A DNA stretch of 63,688 nucleotides, filler included, from Asterionella formosa (taxonomy: Eukaryota), in the NCBI GenBank assembly GCA_002256025.1. It is 13 parts of 13 records of this genome, joined end to end, with 100 filler letters (N's around TTAATTAATTAA, not from the genome) between each part and the next. Parts side by side here need not be neighbours in the genome. Positions count along the whole stretch, not along the records: positions 34,380 to 39,183 come from NKIB01013352.1; positions 39,284 to 44,086 come from NKIB01013353.1; positions 44,187 to 48,988 come from NKIB01013354.1; 10 more parts are not named here. One strand, written 5' to 3'. Below are positions 37,303-49,088 of this stretch, piece by piece. The notes under the pieces are model-generated. The model did not search any database. It was not told where the DNA came from and was given only the letters and a program-made list of their open reading frames with translations. Made by a program: the position numbers and the translations under genes. The first letter of the stretch is position 1. Each line of letters starts with the position of its first letter.

Positions 37303-39183
37303 GTGGAACTCATCATCTTTGCTGGCTTCCATAAAAAGCAGACCAACAGAGGGAAAGCGACGGTTGTTCAAGCCCGGTTGAAAGATTGTCCTGAAGCTGC
37401 AAAGGTGCAAGATCGCCATGGAATCACTCTGTTGCACTTTGGCATGAAAGTCCGGGCACCAGTGGAAAATATAAATGCCCTTTTGGAAGCTTGCCCTGAA
37501 GTGGTGACAATAAAAGCCAAAAATGATGAGACTCCTCTTGACTGTGGTCTAGGAGGGGAAAAGCGAGTATCACTAGAATCCATCCAAGCTATTGTGGACA
37601 AATATCCCGAGGCCATTAACTCCATGAAAATGCCCTTTATTCCACTTCATTTGGCAATTTTTCGAGGTGAAAAAGCTCCAGAGATTGAGCAGATCATAAT
37701 GAAATACCCAGATTCAGTTGCAAACTATGGCACTCCAAACCTGCAGTCTCCTCTTCTCCTCGCGTTGCAACAAGGAGATTATCCTGATTTTAAAGTCGTC
37801 CGTATTGTGATTGAGAAACACCAAGATGCGACTAACACTCTTGATAATGAAACGAGCTATAATCCATTTGAATATTGTGTTTCCAGGCTCCTTCAATTGA
37901 TAAAGAAATATGCAACCCTTGATGTTGGAGATCGCAATCTGTCTTACGAACAGTACGAGTTGCAAGAGAAACTGTCAAGTCCTATTGAAATTTGGTATAA
38001 GGTTTTGCGGCTTTTGTGTGCATCCCTCACTGACGTTGGAGACCTCAAGCCATTGTGCATGCTAGACACACCCCAAGCTGAGAAAGTTCCAGATAAGCTG
38101 GGCCCTCTCTTTTTTCCAGAGCGGCTGGGCTTTCTCTTTTGGGTGCTCGCCACCAATGAATTCAATCAATTCGAAAGGACTCTCCCAAGCCTCGATTTGA
38201 ATCAAGAACCAATAATTAACTGGACTGTTTTGGAAATCTTGGTGGATCTTGGAACAAAAGATGCGGCCAATATATTCTTTCAGATAGAGGAACAGGTGAG
38301 AAGGTCTGAAGAACAGGATCATCTGGAAATCTCCATCTATGAACATAGCAAAACAAAAGTAGCGTCATTTCAGTCCATTGCTCAAGTTAAAAAAGAGACA
38401 TGGCAAAAGGTTGCCAATAGGGCAAAGTTGTCCAAGCTTGCTGGGCTCAAAGAGTGGGGTGTTAAATATGGAAGGTATCTTGGAAAATATCTAATACAGG
38501 AGGAGAAGCATTTGTCAGATACCTGTGTCGTTTATTTTGGAACAGAAATAAATGATAAATCTGTGAACACGAAAGAAACCAATGTAGCTCTCAAGTTCTT
38601 CAAAGACAGTTCTGCCTTCCTGCGTGAATTGGAAAAGCGGGACTTGATCAGGAGCAAAGTTACTGTTACCTATCCCGATCCTTCAACCCAATTTGTTATT
38701 GGTGTGAGAGCTGCATATTCAGACTGCAAGAAAGGGCTGGATGCATTTGCTTATTCGCATGTTAAGTTTGATAGTAACCAGACAATTGAATGGAAAAGGG
38801 AAGAAGAAGACATTGAATTCAGTAACCAGACAATCGAATGGAAAAGGGAAGAAGAAGACATTGAATTCAATCATCTCCTAGTCATGGATTGTGGGAATAA
38901 GAATGACCTCAGTGATGTTATATCGCATAAAAACATTGCAGGCAAGGATGTGCATGCAGTGCGTTACATTGCAATCCAAATTGCCAAGTGCCTTCAGTTT
39001 CTTAATGAAGAGTGTAAAGTTATGCATGGAGATGTGAAGGCTCGAAATTTCGTGTCTCGTGGTGAGGGTGTTGGATATGCTGCGATCGATCTTGATAACG
39101 CGGCATCAATTGGCGAATATGCTGGTCAGAAGCCAACAAGTTCTGGATACTTGCCTCCTGAACAGGCTGCTGTTGAGTACAAT
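37303..39183 (+). CDS. Ankyrin-like repeat plus protein kinase, 3'-truncated; start uncertain
   Basis: CPEAAKVQDRHGITLLH, ETPLD, IPLHLAI and SPLLLAL repeats, then kinase motifs VALKF, HGDVKARN, IDLDNAA and SSGYLPPE. An in-frame 48-nt duplication lies at 38773-38868. Confidence 0.85.
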
Positions 39184-40664
39184 NNNNNNNNNNNNNNNNN
39201 NNNNNNNNNNNNNNNNNNNNNNNNNNNTTAATTAATTAANNNNNNNNNNNNNNNNNNNNNNNNNNNNNNNNNNNNNNNNNNNNACAGTATTCCATGCTAA
39301 TTATGAATTGTAGACTATAATAGTCCTCATGAATCCCCTTGAATCCAAATAGCATCTGTTGAGTGTTTGGTTTTCCTTTCTGACATGGATGGAAAAATAG
39401 TTAGAGTCTACTGTTCTTGTAATGTCTTGTTTACATGTCTCGAGACAATCCATCTCATTTGCCATCTTGCTCATCATTGATGCTTTAGTTTGCTGGTTTT
39501 CTGACCACCAGCCTGAAAGATCAAAACAGCGGCCATTGCAGGCTAGCCAGTGTTCACTGGCAATATATCAAATTATGTATTGGGCAATTTTTTTCAGTCA
39601 AGGAATAGTCACAATTATTTCCTTCCAAAATGTATAGTAGTCAATGGAATGATCATCATCAGCAGGCTCAGCACCTGGGACAATCAAGGTCAATGGAGAT
39701 CGGTCAGGCATAGAAGGCAAGACATTATGGGGACTTGCTTATCATCCAGAAAAAATGAGCATGACAAGCAGTCAATGGGAAAAGCAAGATGCATTTGTGT
39801 CATGGCAAAAGGAGGGGGGGGGGGCGGGGGGCGGGGCGAGTTTTTTGGTTTCCATTTTATAGAATCTAATATATAAAAATGCCATTTACAAATACTATAG
39901 TCAATGATATATGAAATATATACCGGGTACACTAGTTTTACAAGGTGACCATAACACGACATCAGCATTATGTAGCAGGGAATACCGTTACCGTAGTCAA
40001 TTATAAATTATACCCTGGGAATACATTTTGATCTCATTGAGTTTAGCGGAAACGGTGACGAGCGTTATATACATTCATATTTGATGGAAGTACAGGTACT
40101 AATGTAAGCATGTTCAATTTCAGATGTCTACGTACGTATGATGGGATTGGATTATGGTGTCCAGTAGAGCATACCGGTAGCTACCGGTATTATAATCTCA
40201 CAATACCGGTACCTAGTAGTAGAATACTTAAAGAATGGTAAATAGTTTCGCTGTGTCTGGCTGTATACATATGGTACTGGTACATACCACCATCGTGGTT
40301 GTGTCAACATGTGTTTTATATTAGGATAGGTTGCTAAGCATCATAAGTCAAAAAAAGATTGCCTGATGGCGCGACACACAAGATGGTTTGACCAATCTCA
40401 AAAAAGCAGTGAACGGTACCAGGTACTATGTATTTGTGTCCACGGAAGGGCTGGAAATACCATGGGCTGTACTGGTAGATTGCTTTATTTATATGATACT
40501 ATAGAAGAATAAGGCGTGTGCAAAACAACTAGCGGCGCGAGAAAGGTCGTGACTGCTGACTCGGTGCACTATACAGGAGCGAACAAGGAAGCGCCACTAA
40601 TTTTAACAAAGTACAGCTTTGTTATCGCATCTGTATAGAATAACAGAAGTCCAACCATCGTAAA

Positions 40665-42071
40665 ATGACATTACTATTAGGATTCAACCCAAGACGGCTG
40701 GCCCGAACGGAGATTGTTTTGTGTCATCGTCGCGCATTACTTCAAATCATCCTCCTTGGCGCAATTTCGTTCGCATTGGTCATCCATATCAGACGCTTCT
40801 CCACGAGTATCATGGATCCAAGTCTGACTTTAGTAACCGATGGCAATGTTGAAAGGAACGACTTTAGTGCTGAATTGAACTTGACCATTATTGAACCTGA
40901 CAAGAATTCCTCTCTTCCGGAAAATAACGAAACGCTACAAACGTCAAGTCAGCAAGCTAATATAGATGCATCGTTCGAGATCAGCCATCAAGCGATTGAT
41001 AACTTCAGTGCTGAATTCGACTTGACGATTATTGAACCTGACAAGAATTCCTCTCTTCCGGAAAATAACGAAACGCTACAAACGTCAAGTCAGCAAGCTA
41101 ATATAGATGCATCGTTCGAGATCAGCCATCGAGCAATAGATCACAATAACATTGCATGCACATGGCTTCCGGGCTCGGATGATGAATGTCTGTCTCTCCT
41201 TTCTAAACGAATACTACTCCGACGATCACGGGGCCTCTCAAAGCCAAAATTCTGGTTTTTCTTTGGAGATTCAACCATGCTTTTTATGTGGAAATCTTCT
41301 CAATTGCACAACGTGCTCTCGTCGACGCCAGCGAAAGAGTGCCCCGGCTGTATTGACTCATATGCAGCACGATGCCACAATGAAAACAATTCGGCCTTTT
41401 TTGAATTTCCCGTCATTAAAGACAATACTACTTGGAAACTTCCTAGTGATCAAGAGGGGCCGGTACATTTTGGTCAAACTTTCCCATCCTGCATGGATTG
41501 TGATAATTGCAAGACCAACATTTTGAAATGTGCGAACCTATCTTCGTGTCAGATGCCAACTGGAGGGTATTTGGGAATGGAATTTTCGCGAGATGTAGAG
41601 CTCCAAACCAACATGTTCAACACGACACAGGAGAATCTTGCAGTATTCTTGAGGAAATGGATCAAGAAAGCAGGAACAAAAGTAAAACACTCCATTTGCG
41701 TTATCAATGTTGCACTCCATGACATGGGAATTTCAAAATTGGATGATTCATCCTACTTTGCAAACATCAAATGGATGTTTAAGGTTTTCAATCCAGTATG
41801 TGGTCACTTTATTTGGATCCACACTGCTGCAGTACTCGGTTATCAGCAATGGCCACAAACTAACTCCCGCTTGAAGACATGGAATGATGGAATCTTGGAC
41901 ATTCTGACATCATCTCCTCACTTACAGTACAAGGCAAGTTTTGTGGATGTCTTTGCAGCTTCCGTGAACTGGAAGCACACCGACAACGTGCACATGGACG
42001 ATAATTGGTATATATTTTTGGGCGATATGTTTGTAAAACTGGCCCGTTCAGAATCAATTGAAGTGGACTAA
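40665..42071 (+). CDS. Type II membrane SGNH/GDSL-fold protein (PC-esterase/O-acetyltransferase-like), 468 aa
   Basis: N-terminal TM helix, FFGDST, INVALHD and DNVH motifs. The stem contains a 141-nt (47-aa) tandem duplication at 40863-41144. Confidence 0.75.
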   Translation: MTLLLGFNPRRLARTEIVLCHRRALLQIILLGAISFALVIHIRRFSTSIMDPSLTLVTDGNVERNDFSAELNLTIIEPDKNSSLPENNETLQTSSQQANIDASFEISHQAIDNFSAEFDLTIIEPDKNSSLPENNETLQTSSQQANIDASFEISHRAIDHNNIACTWLPGSDDECLSLLSKRILLRRSRGLSKPKFWFFFGDSTMLFMWKSSQLHNVLSSTPAKECPGCIDSYAARCHNENNSAFFEFPVIKDNTTWKLPSDQEGPVHFGQTFPSCMDCDNCKTNILKCANLSSCQMPTGGYLGMEFSRDVELQTNMFNTTQENLAVFLRKWIKKAGTKVKHSICVINVALHDMGISKLDDSSYFANIKWMFKVFNPVCGHFIWIHTAAVLGYQQWPQTNSRLKTWNDGILDILTSSPHLQYKASFVDVFAASVNWKHTDNVHMDDNWYIFLGDMFVKLARSESIEVD

Positions 42072-42769
42072 TGTTTTCATCAGTCTCTGCCAGTGAAGTT
42101 GGAGGGCTACCCCTTGTGGGACTCATTAGAATGTGCTTGTATCATTGGCAAACTATCTAGGGTTGAAAAAATCAAGATAGCGGGGTAGGTAAATGTACAG
42201 AGCCCAGCAACGTTTGAGCATGATTCAAACAACTACATGAATACATTCGATCTTGAAGGAGAATTGTCCATTTAGCGGTGTAGTTTTATTAGCTACCAAT
42301 TCCATCGAAAACTTGAGGATATCTGCGAGGCACGCCACAAAGGTGACCTCTCTCCTTGAATCATTCGTGGAACAGGGAACGGAAGTTGTACAACGAGCCA
42401 ATTAATCGTTCAATGCGTTACGGCTCGCCTTTAGAGTTACTCGGAACCCAAAGGATACCAATGACGAGTTTTGGTCAAGTTCACCAAAAAGACATTTCTA
42501 CAGACCCACACAGGCCCAAAAGCAAAAGTCCCACTTCCACCATTGCCATAATGCCAGGAAACATGCGCAGGAAATTCGTTGACACGATCTCTTTATTGTC
42601 TCGTCATCAATTCATCAATGGCTAACCTCTGTTGCTTGTGAAGTCTATTGATATATATTTTCTGATTTTGAATCATTTTAGTCGTCGACCATCCTGCAAG
42701 TGATTACGGAGCTTCTTGAGCGAATCTCATACACTCTTCTTCTGCCAAAATGCATGATGAAGAATTTTC

Positions 42770-43873
42770 TCAAGGTAGCACAGATTTTTTTGTTTTCTTA
42801 TTCAAATACACAATGTTCCATCCAAATCTGTCGACGAGATCATCCTTCTTCTTGGTGCATGCCTTGAGAGTCGTCCATCGCGAGTGATTGTAGGAAAAAC
42901 TACAAAACCGCGAAATGCGACTATTGTTGAAAAACATGGTGGTAACAATTGTGCGGAGAGGTGCGTCACCCCAACGAATGCGAAAAATTCCACCATTTTG
43001 GCGGACCTTTTCTTTCCATTCCAGAATAGGTGGCCTCCGAAAGGCTGGTAGGTACAACCATTCCACGTTGTTGGTAAACAATTCAATGCGTCCTTTTTTA
43101 AACAAAGTGAGTGCACTGTTATTATTGAATGATTGGCCTGGATTCTCAATGATAAACTCTTTCAATCCTTCTACCAAGTCCAATCGTCCACCAATGATAG
43201 AATGGTACATGTATTCAATTTGGTTCTCAACCATGTACTGAAAGGGGTTGATGTCAACGTTTGAGACTAAACATGAGTCTGTGTCAAGACGCATAATGTA
43301 ATCTGGCAGAAATTCCAGTTCAAACAAGTAATGAAACCAAAATGCACACATGCGTTTGTAGCCAACGATCGATACGTTGGCCCACTTGTCATCTCTTGGT
43401 TGAATGTAAAGAATCTCACGAAAGTACAGAGGAAACGGAGAAGCTTCGGTCAGAGCGAGTCGTGTTGAATTGGACAGTTTCCCATCATACATCATAATGA
43501 CAGACAAATCCACTCCTGAAAATATCGTGCTGTCACTCCTGTAGTCCACAGGTCTATAGTAGGTAGCAAGTGATTTGAGTGAGTCATAAACACTGCTACA
43601 GCTCGGGCGTCCTTTCCGTTGTTTGACAAAGTGCTTCTCATTTCCCAAGTACACAATTGCAGCACTGATTCGATTGTTGCTGCGAGTGTCGCTGTTGCTC
43701 TCAGCGCTAGCAATCGTCGGCATGGGCGGTGATTGCAGAGCAAATGGCGTGATTGCCTTCCAATAGGAAACGGATATCAGCACATAACAAGCCAAGGACA
43801 TTGAAATCACTAAAATTGCGGCGCACAGTCGGCTGCGCCTTTTGGTGTCAGTACAGCAATGATGGAACATCAT
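42770..43873 (-). CDS. GT15 (Kre2/Ktr-like) alpha-1,2-mannosyltransferase
   Basis: TM anchor, GYKRMCAFW, DYIMRLDTDS, FTNNVE and GGIFRIRWGDAPLR. The native start is inferred at 43873 because the ORF extension to 44044 is mostly transposon sequence. Confidence 0.88.
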   Translation of the reverse strand: MMFHHCCTDTKRRSRLCAAILVISMSLACYVLISVSYWKAITPFALQSPPMPTIASAESNSDTRSNNRISAAIVYLGNEKHFVKQRKGRPSCSSVYDSLKSLATYYRPVDYRSDSTIFSGVDLSVIMMYDGKLSNSTRLALTEASPFPLYFREILYIQPRDDKWANVSIVGYKRMCAFWFHYLFELEFLPDYIMRLDTDSCLVSNVDINPFQYMVENQIEYMYHSIIGGRLDLVEGLKEFIIENPGQSFNNNSALTLFKKGRIELFTNNVEWLYLPAFRRPPILEWKEKVRQNGGIFRIRWGDAPLRTIVTTMFFNNSRISRFCSFSYNHSRWTTLKACTKKKDDLVDRFGWNIVYLNKKTKKSVLP

Positions 43874-43915
43874 GGGGTGGTACCAAGGGCAATGATGATG
43901 GAGTATAGCAGTGGA

Positions 43916-44086
43916 GGCCGTTGCTAACGGTGGACCAAAACGCAAACCAAACAGTGTTTTGGTTTCGGTAACCCTAAAAAACGAAGCTAACGGGAATGAA
44001 AAACCCAACGCAAACGCATTACGTTTAGGGGATTCCGTGCCCATATCCCAATAAGTTACCCAAACGCATTACGTTTAGGTTTTTTT
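43916..44086 (+). mobile_element. PIF/Harbinger terminus, same family as the elements on contigs 1 and 13
   Basis: GGCCGTTGCTAACGGTGGACCAAAACGCAAACC... is the near-exact reverse complement of 62875-63042. Confidence 0.9.
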
Positions 44087-44699
44087 NNNNNNNNNNNNNN
44101 NNNNNNNNNNNNNNNNNNNNNNNNNNNNNNTTAATTAATTAANNNNNNNNNNNNNNNNNNNNNNNNNNNNNNNNNNNNNNNNNNNNAATGTGATATCACG
44201 ATAGGTTTACATCGATGCATATATCATCAAAGTATGATACTTAATATTGAATAAAGTATATCACATAGCTATGATGCATTGATCATAGAACTGTGATGAT
44301 TTCTTAAAGTGTTAAAGATATAATTTTGATCAAAATATGATCATGTTAAAATAATACAATGACAATAAAATACGATAAAAGATGTACGTTATCGATATAT
44401 CACAATAAATAAATACATCATAATTATGTTACTTAATATATAAATTCGACTTTTAATGTATACAATAAAAGCCAATAGTTTATATGATAGTATTATACGG
44501 TGGATAGGATCTAAGAATACGGATGTGTTGATATGTACATTACTATAATATGATTTGTGACATGGATTGATTTATATCACATACAGGTATACTCAACAAC
44601 CAGCCATCACGTTCATTGTCGTCGCAAAACTCTCCGCGTTTCCCTTCTACTGTTTTGTATCATAGTCTTCTGGCCCTTTGACAACTTTCCAAATGGCAT

Positions 44700-46635
44700 T
44701 TCATGGATTTCATGCAAGGGATCAGTCAAACAAGAAACATGACTTACTTCCATTGTTTACACTACACGACTTTATGTTTTCGGAAAAGAATATGAAGAGA
44801 CTTATTAAATCAATCGAAGATTCCTTTGAATACACTCAAATAACAAATGAATTTGAACAGACTCATAATACTCCAGAAAAAATAATGGAGTATGATGCCA
44901 AGCGATTCAAAAGTGGTAGAGATTGAAAAAAGGGAAAGATTGCTTTCGAAGAGCAAGGAAACCCAAACAGTTGTTCTTCCTCGCGGAGGAAGACTCTATT
45001 CCTGCAGAGTTACAGTTCCATCCAGTTTCGTATTTTGCTCCTCATTCTCTTGAAATCGATGATAACGAAGAAGAACTCAGTGATTCTCATTCATTTGATG
45101 AACAAATTCATGCGATGAATGAAAATACCGGCGGAATTGTGGGCGACATCACTTCTGAAGTAGAAATGGTTGAAAAGTTGCAAAACCAAGAAATATGTCT
45201 CACTATTCGTCCAAAACATCAAGATGAACATCATGAAAGCAGAGCAGAGAACATATTGTATTTCTAAAAGAAAAGATATTCAAGAAAAAGTCCGAGCTAG
45301 ATCAAGACCTCGAATTCATGAACTAGATTAATGCAGACAGAGATGTGATGACCATGCTGGCTAAGGCAGTTGATGCACGGAGTCGGGAACGAAGTTGAAG
45401 AAAAGAATTGAATCTTCTTCCAAATCATACATGGAAGAAAAAGAATAGTATTTCTTTGTAAAATCATTGAGAACAATCCGAAAGACAGCTAGCCTACTTT
45501 TGGGAAGAGTCGCTTTGGATGAGAACTCAGAAAAGGGTAATGACAAATCGTATATATACCAAGGTGAATGTGATTTACTTTATCGTGATAGTAACTACTG
45601 TATGTGCTAATTGTTTCTTGCAAAAGATCAGATGAGGAGGAAAACAACCATTTTGTGCATTATCTTTTTGCTATAAATGATGGATTATGTCAAGTCCGTA
45701 ATCCAGGAAAAGATGCAAGTTTGGATGAACATTATGATCTAGTATTTCAACTTCCCGTAAGTATTGCATCACCCCTGGATGCACGAATCAATTGGAATTG
45801 TTAAGCACTGATACAGGATATCTTCCAAAAGAATACCATACACCTGAAGAAATTGGTTTATCGGAATCTTTCTATATTGGCACCAAAGCACGGTGCCATT
45901 GCAGATCATTATGGCCAATGAACATGATTTCATGTTAATTCAAAGAGAAGATGATAGTGGATGGTCATGTGGACCATTTACAATTGTGAAAGTATTGGAA
46001 ACTCTATTGCAATTAGAAAGGAATGGCAAAACCAAATTTCTTGGCAACCGGACAGGCACAATTCCGTTTGGAGACGGAGTCCCGGAAAGTTTTAGAACAT
46101 CAGGTGGTAGCAACTGATCGAATTGACGATTTGTTATCTGTTACATCTGACCCACCAACCAAGTCAACATACTTTCATCTTGGAACAGTTTGGCCTCAAG
46201 TGACAACGACAAACATTCGTGAGGATATGTTTCAGTTGGAAATAAGAACTGTTCTTCAATTTTGTACGGACAAAGTTTTGAGCTCCTATTTAGATTTAAA
46301 AATGTTGAACGAAGTATTTGGACGACTTCCTTGCAATTCATCTTTCAAGAAAGATGATGTTGTCAACATAAAATCCATGATCCAACAAATGAATGATAAA
46401 GTTGCTCCCTTCAGATGGTATAATCATGCACCTCTTGGCCACATTTCTGGATGCATCATAATTGACAAAAAGTTGAAAAATATTTTGTAACTGATGATAT
46501 GAGAGCCCTTCTGGAATCAAATGGAAAAAGTTTACAGACTCATATCGAACTGCAGTTGAAAAGTGGAGAAGCAAATTTTCTGACGAAACGAGAAGGACCA
46601 TCTTAGGTTCTTTGGGAGTGAAAAAGAACAAATAG
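44700..46635 (+). pseudogene. Fragmented long gene convergent with the Plavaka-like transposase; possible Ulp1/C48-like cysteine protease segment
   Basis: A chain of same-strand ORF pieces broken by stops and frameshifts. NNHFVHYLF (~45645) is followed by QREDDSGWSCGPF (~45941). Confidence 0.4.
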
Positions 46636-46799
46636 CTAATGGACCATTGGGATCATCCAATCTCATCATTCCTCTGGACATTTTAGTTTGTGAAAACCTT
46701 CTAATAACTTAACTAGTATGTGAAACTATATTATCACTATTATTTATATTATTCTTGTGTATTTATCAACGTTCGCTTGTTAGTTTTTGGTCCCACCCA

Positions 46800-48400
46800 A
46801 TTGATTTCCATAAATGACGTGGAGGCATGGCAACATAAAAATTATCTTTCCGTAATTGGCTGTTCCAAAACTTCTTGCGGTTTCAGAGATTTCCTTGATT
46901 CCTGTGGTTTCAAAGCAGGAACAACAAATGCTGCCGAAAGTATGTTATGAAATTCAACAACGCTCAATTCAGTTGTATCATTGCATAAGGTGTCTCCTCT
47001 TGCAAAAAACATACGTTTATGAATTTTCATTTCAATTGAACTTTTCAAGCAACGAATACACGCTAAGATAACAGTTGTTGTGCTGGAGAAAAGAACCTTT
47101 CCCCAAAGAAGCAGTTTTGCCACAACGGAACTGTGTAGGAACTTGATCCATCTCCTTTCTCTAAGTTCACTTCAACCCAGTCAAACCATTCACGAGCAGA
47201 GATTCCTGCATTTGAATCCTTATTCCATTTCGGATGGCTGATGGCATCTGAAAGTAGTAGTTCGGCCGGGAACGTTACTTTCAATTTAACATGATAATAA
47301 AAGTCAATCCTTACAATGGAAGCAGGCCCAACCCCGCCCATCTTCAAGACGTTTTATTCTTGCTATTTCTATTGCTGAATTCGCAATGCTCTTGACGTAG
47401 ACTAGTTGGCCCCTTCGGTAAATCAGGATGAACCAATTGAGACAAGGGTGCATCCTTTCTCCGTGATACATGCCCAATCTTATTAGGGACACCTGCTATG
47501 GTCCATAGACCATTTGATGATGAAGCAGAGAATTGAACTTTAACAGGAAGGGACGGTGAATGAATATTGGTAGGCGATATTCCCAAATTATCAGGCGATG
47601 TACCAGGCAACATCCTTGTATCCTGAATCATTCCCTCGAAATCAATTTCTGTTGAAATACCCTCAGTTACATTCATATGTACTACTTTACTCATCTTCTT
47701 TTGTTTGTTTTCTGTATGTAATGTATCACTTGCAAAAACAATATTTCGTACCAAGGAAAACTGCTTTGTTTCATATGACCGTGTCAAAATGCATATCATT
47801 CTTTAATCGATGTAATTTTCCATTGACTCGCTTACTGGGTCGTTTCAATTTGTCTTTCAAAAAAGAGTCCAAAAATCCACCAAAGAAATTAAGAGGAGAT
47901 CCGAACTTCCTTATCAGATGAGTGTAATGTTTCATTCCATGAAATTTTGCCATTCGTAAGCCAATTTGAGATATCATTTCCCGTTGGGGACCAATCATAA
48001 TCTTAGTAACTGACATAAATCTCTTAACCCTTTCCTCTAAAATGTCAATGCATGTTGATGTAAACTGCGGTATGAATAAAGTGTCATTGATAGGTATACA
48101 TAACCATAACAGCAAAGTGAAATCCTTTTCTAGGTGCATTTTCTCTCAACCCATCATTCCACCTATTGAAAAAATAGTTAACAGACATAATCCGGGAATT
48201 TCTTGCCCTGACATTTTTGACAAAGCTGTCATCCCAGATCTGTATGACAATTTTGGAATATCACGATCGCTTTGCCTTGCTTTCCAAATGACTAGCTATT
48301 GATATATCTAGCACTTTGTTCGAAGTATAGTATAGCTTCGAAAATACATTTCTGGTGCTGGTACAAGTGTTGGTTCTTGATTTTCGCCAGTGTAGATATT
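46800..48400 (-). mobile_element. Plavaka-like (CACTA-related) transposase, degenerate C-terminal half
   Basis: RQSDRDIPKLSYRSGMTALSKMSGQEIPGLCLL, KFHGMKHYTHLIRKFGSPLNFFGGFLDSFLKDKLKRPSKR and HPKWN...WFDWVEV appear in the expected order, with stops and frameshifts. Confidence 0.7.
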
Positions 48401-48532
48401 TTTGGTAACTGGTGCGTGTGTCGCTCCTTTTCAGTCTTTGCCCGTTTCTTCGGTTGCTCTTGATCAAGAAAATCAGTGTATGTTATTACTACTTTGACTA
48501 CCGTCTTTCAATTTATTAATCATACGATGCTT

Positions 48533-48733
48533 AAACTATGATGATTTACGGTACCGCTGCAGTAGCAACAGTCATGAACACATGGTGTTCTGTTCCTCGC
48601 TTACTACTCCGACTATCCATTCTCAATTTTACGATCATATGATCCTGAAACTATGATGATATACTGTCCCACTGCAGGAGCAACAGTCCTGAACATATGG
48701 TGTTCCTTTGCTTGCTTACTACTCTGACTACCC
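48533..48733. repeat. Diverged direct repeat, period about 115 bp
   Basis: aaactatgatgat...ctgcag.agcaacagtc.tgaaca.atggtgttc...gcttactactc.gacta occurs twice. Confidence 0.85.
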
Positions 48734-49088
48734 CCAGTATATCACTTCTTACCTGCTACTGGTACTCTGTATGTATAATTGATATAATATTATTGTCATA
48801 AGATGTACACATGAAGAACTTCCACCCAAAAAAAGGGCTTAAACAATTTGCTACCAGAATCCTTTCGTATAAATAATGATACAAATGGGTTGTGACTTAG
48901 TACACCATTTGAATGGTCTGCAAGTAAATAATTTGTTCTAACAGACGTAGAAAATATTGATGCAAACAAATTTCAAAAAACAGTACCGNNNNNNNNNNNN
49001 NNNNNNNNNNNNNNNNNNNNNNNNNNNNNNNNTTAATTAATTAANNNNNNNNNNNNNNNNNNNNNNNNNNNNNNNNNNNNNNNNNNNN

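Noticed and set aside
39811..39836. G-rich run with G-quadruplex potential
   Set aside because: It is a single homopolymer-like tract in decayed sequence with no supporting context.
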